From: Pseudomonas aeruginosa
GTDB taxonomy: Bacteria > Pseudomonadota > Gammaproteobacteria > Pseudomonadales > Pseudomonadaceae
Direction of reading: 5' to 3'
Assembly (NCBI RefSeq): GCF_001457615.1
Contig: NZ_LN831024.1
Span: 1,620,001 to 1,652,000 of the forward strand
DNA length: 32,000 nt
Shown: in pieces, positions 26,623-32,000 of the stretch
How the letters are laid out: every line of letters starts with the position of its first letter
How positions within the stretch are numbered: position 1 is the first letter of the stretch
Notes under the pieces: generated by a model
What the model was told of the DNA's origin: nothing
Databases searched by the model: none
Seen by the model: only the letters and a program-made list of their open reading frames with translations
Made by a program: the position numbers and the translations under genes

Positions 26623-27515
26623 CCGCGGCGCTGCCCGGCATTCCACTGGAGGCCTGGCGGAGGCGGGGCCGCACCCTGGATTTCAAGGGCTTCCCGATCC
26701 GCTACTGGGAAGCCGGGCAGGGTCGGCCGTTGCTGCTGATCCACGGTTTTCCCAGCGCCGCCTGGGACTGGCACTACCTCTGGGAGCCGCTGGCGCAGCG
26801 CTACCGCGTGCTGGTCTGCGACCTGCTCGGCTTCGGCGATTCGGCCAAGCCGCGCGCCCATCGCTACAGCCTGCTGGAGCAGGCCGACCTGCAACAGGCG
26901 CTGCTCGGCCGCCTGGGAATCGACGAGCCGCTGCACGTGCTGGCCCACGACTACGGCGACAGCGTCGCCCAGGAACTGCTCGCCCGCCATCACGAAGGCC
27001 GGCTGCGGCTCGCCTCCTGCGTGTTCCTCAATGGTGGGCTGTTCCCGGAAACGCACCGCCCGGTGCTCAGCCAGAAGCTGTTGCTGAGCCCGTTGGGCGG
27101 GCTGTTCGGCCGGCTGTTCGACCGCCGCGCCCTGGCGCGCAACTTCGCCAAGGTCTTCGGCCCGCGCAGCCAGCCCGGCGAGACCGAGCTGGATGCCTTC
27201 TGGAGCCTGATCGAAAGCAACCAGGGGCAGCGGGTGATGCATCGCCTGATCCGCTACATCGTCGACCGCCGCGAGCAGCGTGAGCGCTGGGTGGCGGCGT
27301 TGCAGCACGGCGGGGTGCCGTTGCGGGTGATCGACGGCGCCGTCGACCCGATCTCCGGGGCGCACATGGTCGAGCGCTACCGGCAACTGGTCGCCGATGC
27401 CGACTGCGTGCTGCTCGATGGCATCGGCCATTATCCGCAGATCGAAGCGCCGGCGGCGGTGCTCGAACATTACCTGGCGTTTCGCGCCCGACTGGATGAT
27501 TCAGAGTTTTCTTAA
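26619..27515 (+). CDS. Alpha/beta-fold hydrolase (epoxide hydrolase / haloalkane dehalogenase-like, Asp nucleophile type)
   Basis: The GTG at 26619 overlaps the aldolase stop codon (GTGA). LLLIHGFPSAAWDWHYLW (HGxP oxyanion motif), VLAHDYGDSVA (nucleophile elbow with Asp), IGHYPQIEAP (catalytic His). Confidence 0.8.
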   Translation: MTAALPGIPLEAWRRRGRTLDFKGFPIRYWEAGQGRPLLLIHGFPSAAWDWHYLWEPLAQRYRVLVCDLLGFGDSAKPRAHRYSLLEQADLQQALLGRLGIDEPLHVLAHDYGDSVAQELLARHHEGRLRLASCVFLNGGLFPETHRPVLSQKLLLSPLGGLFGRLFDRRALARNFAKVFGPRSQPGETELDAFWSLIESNQGQRVMHRLIRYIVDRREQRERWVAALQHGGVPLRVIDGAVDPISGAHMVERYRQLVADADCVLLDGIGHYPQIEAPAAVLEHYLAFRARLDDSEFS

Positions 27516-27601
27516 GCGAGTTTGAGATTGCAGCAAGTGCCATCGCGCAAGGATCGGGGCTAGGGTGCTGGCGCCTCGCTGGACGAGGCGTTTCGTCACC
27601 C

Positions 27602-27907
27602 ATGGAGGTCTCCATGCACGATCCCGTTTCTCCCTTGCGCGTGTTCGACGAGGGCTCCTGGTTGTTCCGCCAGATGGTGCAGGCGCAACCGTTCATCCGC
27701 CAGTCCGGGATGGTCCTCGCCGAACTCGGCCTGCTGCTGGCGCTCGGGCTCGGCTACCTGTGCTGGCAGGAAGGCAGTCGCTGGTACGCCGTCGGCGCCG
27801 GCCTCGCGTTGCTCGGCAGCCTGCTGCTGGTGGTGGTCCGGCACAACTACGACTGGTGGCTGTTCAAGCTCGGCCCGCGTGGCCGGCTGTACATTCCGTT
27901 CGACTGA
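27602..27907 (+). CDS. Small membrane protein (101 aa, two predicted TM helices), function unknown
   Basis: The ORF has high third-position GC consistent with native coding. Hydrophobic hairpin: MVLAELGLLLALGLGYLCW...WYAVGAGLALLGSLLLVVV. The start could instead be the ATG at 27614. Confidence 0.6.
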   Translation: MEVSMHDPVSPLRVFDEGSWLFRQMVQAQPFIRQSGMVLAELGLLLALGLGYLCWQEGSRWYAVGAGLALLGSLLLVVVRHNYDWWLFKLGPRGRLYIPFD

Positions 27908-28022
27908 AGCGGAACATCCCGCTGCCTTATCGGGCGCCATTCATGGCGGCGCGAAGCCTTGTCCCCGCCGGCGGGCTGGCCGACACTCGGGCAATCCTTC
28001 CTACTGCCCTGGAGTCCCGAAC

Positions 28023-28934
28023 ATGAGCGATGCCCTGCGTTTCGACGACCAAGTCGTGATCGTCACCGGAGCCGGCGGCGGCCTTGGCCGCGCCCACGCC
28101 CTGCTGTTCGCGAAGCATGGCGCCCGGGTGGTGGTCAACGACCTCGGCGGCAGCACCCATGGCGAAGGCGCCAGTGCCTCGGCGGCGGACAAGGTGGTGG
28201 CGGAGATCCGTGCCGCCGGCGGCACCGCGGTGGCCAACCACGACTCGGTCACGGACGGCGGCAGGATCGTGGAGAACGCGCTGGATGCCTTCGGTCGCGT
28301 CGACGTGGTGGTCAACAATGCCGGCATCCTGCGTGACAAGACCTTCCACAAGATGGAGGACGCCGACTGGGACCTGGTCTACCAGGTGCATGTCGAAGGC
28401 GCCTACAAGGTCACTCGCGCCGCCTGGCCGCACTTGCGCGAGCAGGCCTACGGGCGGGTGGTGTTCACCTCCTCGACCTCGGGCATCTACGGCAACTTCG
28501 GCCAGAGCAACTACGGCATGGCCAAGCTCGGCCTCTACGGCCTGACCCGCACCCTGGCCCTGGAAGGGCGCAAGAACAATATCCTGGTCAACGCCATCGC
28601 CCCCACCGGCGGTACGCGGATGACCGAGGGGCTGATCCCGCCGCAGGTCTTCGAGCAGCTCAAGCCGGAGCTGGTCAGCCCGCTGGTGGTCTACCTCGGC
28701 AGTTCGGCCTGCGAGGATACCTCGGGGCTCTATGAGGTCGGCGGTGGCTGGATCGGCAAGGTACGCTGGGAACGCAGCCTGGGCTTCGGCTTCGATCCGA
28801 AGGCCGGCTTCGACGCCGAGGACGTGGCCGCGCACTGGCAGCAGATCTGCGACTTCGAGAACGCCGCGCACCCGGCGGACAACGTCGAGGCGCTCCGTGA
28901 AATGATGGCCAACCTGCAGAAGCACGCGCTCTGA
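28023..28934 (+). CDS. Short-chain dehydrogenase/reductase resembling the (3R)-hydroxyacyl-CoA dehydrogenase domain of MFE-2-type enzymes
   Basis: Start ATG at 28023 (MSDALRFDDQVVIVTGAGGGLGRAHALLFAKHGARVVVNDLGG...). VVNNAGILRDKTFHKM, and SSTSGIYGNFGQSNYGMAKLG (S...YxxxK). The pattern LRF(D)G.V..VTGAG.GLGR...F...GA.VVVNDLGG is what I recall for the MFE-2 dehydrogenase domain. Confidence 0.8.
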   Translation: MSDALRFDDQVVIVTGAGGGLGRAHALLFAKHGARVVVNDLGGSTHGEGASASAADKVVAEIRAAGGTAVANHDSVTDGGRIVENALDAFGRVDVVVNNAGILRDKTFHKMEDADWDLVYQVHVEGAYKVTRAAWPHLREQAYGRVVFTSSTSGIYGNFGQSNYGMAKLGLYGLTRTLALEGRKNNILVNAIAPTGGTRMTEGLIPPQVFEQLKPELVSPLVVYLGSSACEDTSGLYEVGGGWIGKVRWERSLGFGFDPKAGFDAEDVAAHWQQICDFENAAHPADNVEALREMMANLQKHAL

Positions 28935-28978
28935 GACGCCCGGCGGATGCGGCGCGGCTGCGGGAAAAGGACTAAGGT

Positions 28979-29035
28979 GAAGACCGGCTGACGCCGGTCT
29001 TCTGCCATCCGGCCGGTGTCTTTTTTCGCTTTTTC
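28979..29035 (+). terminator. Hairpin plus distal T-runs between the SDR and crotonase genes (weak terminator candidate)
   Basis: GAAGACCGGC-TGAC-GCCGGTCTTC (28979-29002) forms a perfect 10-bp stem. The T-runs TCTTTTTTCGCTTTTT start only about 17 nt later, so it is not canonical. Confidence 0.35.
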
Positions 29036-29050
29036 CGCAGGGAGTCTGTC

Positions 29051-29821
29051 ATGAGTGTCATCGTCGAACGCAACGGCCCGGTCACCACCCTGGTCATCGC
29101 TCGCCCGGAGCGGCGCAATGCGGTGGACCGGCCGACCGCCCAGGCCCTGGCCGACGCCCTGCGCGAGTTCGAAGCGGACGATACGGCGCGGGTCGCGGTA
29201 CTCACCGGCAGCGGCGGCAATTTCTGCGCCGGCGCCGACCTGGCGGCGGTGGCCGAGGATGGCGAGCGGCGCAATCGCCTGGAGGCGGAGGGCGACGGAC
29301 CGATGGGGCCGAGCCGCATGCAGCTCGGCAAGCCGCTGATCGCCGCCATCGAAGGTTATGCGGTGGCCGGCGGGCTGGAGCTGGCGCTGCTCGCCGACCT
29401 GCGGGTGATGGCCGAGGACGCTATCTGCGGAGTGTTCTGCCGGCGTTTCGGGGTGCCGCTGATCGATGGCGGCAGCGTGCGCCTGCCACGGATCGTCGGG
29501 CAGGGCCGGGCGCTCGACCTGATCCTCACCGGGCGTCCGGTGAAGGCCGACGAAGCGTTGCAGATCGGCCTGGCCAACCGGGTGGTGCCGAGCGGTTCGG
29601 CGCGAGCCGAGGCCGAGGAGCTGGCGGCGGAACTCGCCGCCTTCCCGCAGACCTGCATGCTCGCCGATCGCGCCAGCGTATACGCGCAGTGGGAACTGTC
29701 CTTCGACGTGGCCCTGGCCAACGAATTCCAGGGCGGGCTGGCGGTGATCGAGAGCGGCGAGACCCTGGAGGGCGCGCAGCGCTTCAAGGACGGCGAGGGG
29801 CGCCACGGGCGCTTCGAGTGA
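29051..29821 (+). CDS. Enoyl-CoA hydratase/isomerase (crotonase) family protein
   Basis: 256 aa. VAVLTGSGGNFCAGADL and AAIEGYAVAGGLELALLADLRV are crotonase oxyanion-hole blocks. RBS GGGAG at 29041-29045. Confidence 0.88.
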   Translation: MSVIVERNGPVTTLVIARPERRNAVDRPTAQALADALREFEADDTARVAVLTGSGGNFCAGADLAAVAEDGERRNRLEAEGDGPMGPSRMQLGKPLIAAIEGYAVAGGLELALLADLRVMAEDAICGVFCRRFGVPLIDGGSVRLPRIVGQGRALDLILTGRPVKADEALQIGLANRVVPSGSARAEAEELAAELAAFPQTCMLADRASVYAQWELSFDVALANEFQGGLAVIESGETLEGAQRFKDGEGRHGRFE

Positions 29822-29840
29822 CGCCGTCGCGCCGCCCGGG

Positions 29841-30185
29841 CTAGCGGTGGATGATCACGTAGCTCTTGCGCACGGTTTCCTGCACATCCCACACGCCAAG
29901 ACTGTTCTCCGGCAGCAGCAGGGCATCGCCGGCCTCGATGCGGATGGTCTCGCCGCCGTCCGGGGTGAAGGTGCAGCGGCCTTGCAGGAAGTGGCAGAAC
30001 TCCTGCTCGACGATCTGCCGCCGCCAGCGTCCGGGGGTGCATTCCCAGATGCCGGTTTCCACCTGGTCGGTGCGCTCCACGGCGTAGGCGCGGGTCTGCG
30101 CGACCGGCTCGCCAAGGGGCACCGCGACCGGGCTGGCGGCGCCAAGATCGGCGCCGGCGGTATTTTTCAGAAGGGTCAGGGCCAT
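29841..30185 (-). CDS. Small cupin (DUF861 / cupin_3-like) protein
   Basis: 114 aa. GIWECTPGRWRRQIVEQEFCHFLQGRCTFTPDGGETIRIEAGDALLLPENSLGVWDV is a single cupin barrel pattern. Confidence 0.75.
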   Translation of the reverse strand: MALTLLKNTAGADLGAASPVAVPLGEPVAQTRAYAVERTDQVETGIWECTPGRWRRQIVEQEFCHFLQGRCTFTPDGGETIRIEAGDALLLPENSLGVWDVQETVRKSYVIIHR

Positions 30186-30219
30186 GCGGTTTTTCCTCTG
30201 TGGGAGGTGGAGGGGATTC

Positions 30220-31626
30220 TCAGCGCATCAGGCTTTCCATGCCGGCCGCGAGGGTTTGCGCCAGGCTGCGGCGCCAGGGCGCGCTGTGCGGGTCGGCAAG
30301 GACCCGGTCCTCATGGACGAAACTGCGGATGATCGCGTTGTAGCCGAGCCAGCGGCAGGGTTCCGGTTCCCAGCGGGCCAGGCTGTCCAGCGGACGCTCG
30401 CCCAGCACCCAGGGCTGCCGCAGCAGCTCGCTGTCCTCACCGAGGATCAGCGCGGCCAGGGTGCGGCCGCCGAGGTTGCTGGCGCCGACCCCTTCGCCGC
30501 CGTAGCCGCCGGAGAGGGCGATGCCACTGGCGCGGTCGAGCAACATGTGCGGGCGGAAGCGCCGGGCCATGCCGAGGTTGCCGCCCCAGGTGTGGCTGAT
30601 CCTGGCGTCCTTGAGCAGCGGGAAGAGTTCGCCGAACAGGTAGCGACGCAGGCCGACTTCCTCGTCGTCGAGGCTGAAGTCGCTGCGCAGCTTGCCGCCG
30701 AAGCGGTAGCCGCCCCGCGCGCCGAAGGCCAGGCGGTCGTCGGCGGTGCGCTGGCCATAGGTGACCTGGCGGCTGAATTCGCTGAAGGCCTGGCCGCGCT
30801 CCAGGCCGATCTCCGCCCAGACCGACGACGGCAGCGGCTCGGTGGCCACCAGCAGACTCTGCACCGGCAACTGGTAGTGGCCCAGCGGCGGCAGGCTGGC
30901 GGCGTAGCCTTCCACCGCCGGCACGATCCATTCGGCGCGCAGTTCGCCGCGCTCGGTGCGCAGCAGGCCGCGTTGCCAGTGCAGCACCCGGCTCTTCTCG
31001 AACAGCCGCACGCCCAGGCGCTCCACCGCGCGGGCCAGGCCGCGCGCGAGCCTGGCCGGCTGGATGGTGGCGCAGTGCGGCGAATGGATCGCCCCGTAGC
31101 TGCCGGGGATGCGCAACTGCTGGTCGAGTTCCTGCGGCGTCAGCCAGCGGTAGTCGCTTTCGTCCAGGCCTTCGGCATAGAGATCATGCAGATAGGCGCG
31201 CAGGCGGCGTTCCTGTTCCGGGTAGCGCGCCGCGCAGTAGAGCACGCCGCCCTTGCGGTAGTCGCAGTCGATGCCTTCCTCTTGCAGCACCCGCGCGACT
31301 TCGTCGGGAATCCCGTGCAGCAGGTCGTAGCCGGCCCGGCGCCGCTCCGGCGGCAAGCCGGCGAGCAGGCCGTCCTCGCCGAGCAGGTTGCCCATCAGCC
31401 AGCCGCCGTTGCGCCCCGAGGCGCCGAAGCCGGCGGTTTCTGCCTCGACGATGGCGACGCGCAACTGCGGCGCCCGGCGCTTCAGGTAATAGGCGGTCCA
31501 GAGGCCGGTGTAGCCGGCGCCGACGATGGCCACGTCGACCTCGAGGGATTCTTCCAGGGACGGGCGCGCTTCGAGCGGATCGTCCAGTTGATTCATCCAC
31601 AGGCTGAGGTGGCGCCAGGCCGACAT
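30220..31626 (-). CDS. FAD-dependent oxidoreductase (DAO family; gamma-glutamylamine/PuuB- or OrdL-like amine oxidase)
   Basis: I chose the ATG at 31626-31624 (MSAWRHLSLWMNQLDDP...) because GGAG lies 6 nt upstream. Dinucleotide fold VDVAIVGAGYTGLWTAYYL...VAIVEAE. Upstream ATGs at 31665 and 31638 remain possible. Confidence 0.8.
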   Translation of the reverse strand: MSAWRHLSLWMNQLDDPLEARPSLEESLEVDVAIVGAGYTGLWTAYYLKRRAPQLRVAIVEAETAGFGASGRNGGWLMGNLLGEDGLLAGLPPERRRAGYDLLHGIPDEVARVLQEEGIDCDYRKGGVLYCAARYPEQERRLRAYLHDLYAEGLDESDYRWLTPQELDQQLRIPGSYGAIHSPHCATIQPARLARGLARAVERLGVRLFEKSRVLHWQRGLLRTERGELRAEWIVPAVEGYAASLPPLGHYQLPVQSLLVATEPLPSSVWAEIGLERGQAFSEFSRQVTYGQRTADDRLAFGARGGYRFGGKLRSDFSLDDEEVGLRRYLFGELFPLLKDARISHTWGGNLGMARRFRPHMLLDRASGIALSGGYGGEGVGASNLGGRTLAALILGEDSELLRQPWVLGERPLDSLARWEPEPCRWLGYNAIIRSFVHEDRVLADPHSAPWRRSLAQTLAAGMESLMR

Positions 31627-31716
31627 AGAGGGCTCCATAGCGAGAGGGAAGGGGGAATGCGGCAAGAGTAGGAAGATGCCGTGCGCCTGTCGTGCGCGCG
31701 GGTCCGCTGGGAAATC

Positions 31717-32000
31717 TCAGCGGCGCGACGACAGGCGCTTCAGGTATTCGCGCGGAGACTGGCCGGTGTGCTGGCGGAAGCAGCGGTAGAAGGCCGACAG
31801 CGAATTGAAGCCGGCGGCGAAGGCCAGTTCGTCGACCCGTCCGGGCAGCTCGCCGGAAAGCTGGCCGAGCAGGTGTTGCAGGCGGGTCTGGTTGACGTAC
31901 TGGTAGAAGCTCAGGCCGAGCACCTGGTTGAGCAGGTAGGAAATCTGGTTGCGCGTATAGCCGGTGGCATTGGCCACCTGGGTCAGGTCCAGGTCCGGAT
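31717..32000 (-). CDS. AraC/XylS-family transcriptional regulator, C-terminal HTH part only; the 5' end lies beyond the right edge
   Basis: The frame stays open to position 32000 (..DLDLTQVANATGYTRNQISYLLNQVLGLSFYQYVNQTRLQHLL...LAFAAGFNSLSAFYRCFRQHTGQSPREYLKR). This is the classic double-HTH AraC signature. The Met at 31977 in the ORF track is internal. Confidence 0.85.
   Translation of the reverse strand, partial: PDLDLTQVANATGYTRNQISYLLNQVLGLSFYQYVNQTRLQHLLGQLSGELPGRVDELAFAAGFNSLSAFYRCFRQHTGQSPREYLKRLSSRR

Noticed and set aside
30184-31671. A 495-aa + strand ORF antisense to the FAD-dependent oxidoreductase. Similar shadows occur at 19570..20274, 20307..21369, 22118..22852, 24041..24892 and 27927..28925.
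   Set aside because: In each case the opposite strand carries a frame with clear family motifs. The shadow ORFs have repetitive A/G/R/V/Q composition and no start-site signals.

Overview
This is a high-GC window (about two-thirds G+C by eye) of densely packed core chromosome. The gene order and the GTAGGGCGAATAACGCC-type REP palindromes match what I remember of Pseudomonas aeruginosa, roughly the PAO1 PA3459 to PA3423 interval. That assignment and those locus numbers come from memory and are not verified. I call 37 protein-coding genes, two of them cut by the window edges. From left to right they are:
- an AsnO-like amidotransferase with a divergent MarR regulator
- a TauE/SafE permease
- mnmC
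- a two-domain PPK2
- a thiolase
- a YceH/DUF480 protein
- malate:quinone oxidoreductase
- a sulfate-starvation block: lsfA, an ssu/tau-like ABC transporter, and ssuEADCBF
- a pterin operon (folM-folE-folX) flanked by three uncharacterised genes
- a flavodoxin
- a LysR regulator divergent from lrgAB-like genes
- an orphan aldolase / hydrolase / SDR / crotonase cluster
- an AraC-family gene, an FAD-oxidase gene and a cupin gene, all on the minus strand

Non-coding content is four REP loci (one a higher-order tandem array), several rho-independent terminators and a few AT-rich or palindromic candidate regulatory sites. I saw no tRNA or rRNA, CRISPR array, integrase or transposase, prophage genes, toxin-antitoxin pair or defence-type genes. 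I also saw no compositional island apart from short AT-rich promoter patches.

I do not find convincing evidence for a new multi-gene system here. The least-explained pieces are:
- the DUF1244, HopJ-family and ABM-membrane genes attached to the monapterin operon
- the LysR-lrgAB module and the cluster downstream of it
- a perfect CRP/Vfr-type palindrome upstream of mqo
- a motif shared by the lsfA and ssuE upstream regions
- a tandem terminator pair after lsfA

All family calls rest on motifs I read in the translations. No database search was run.
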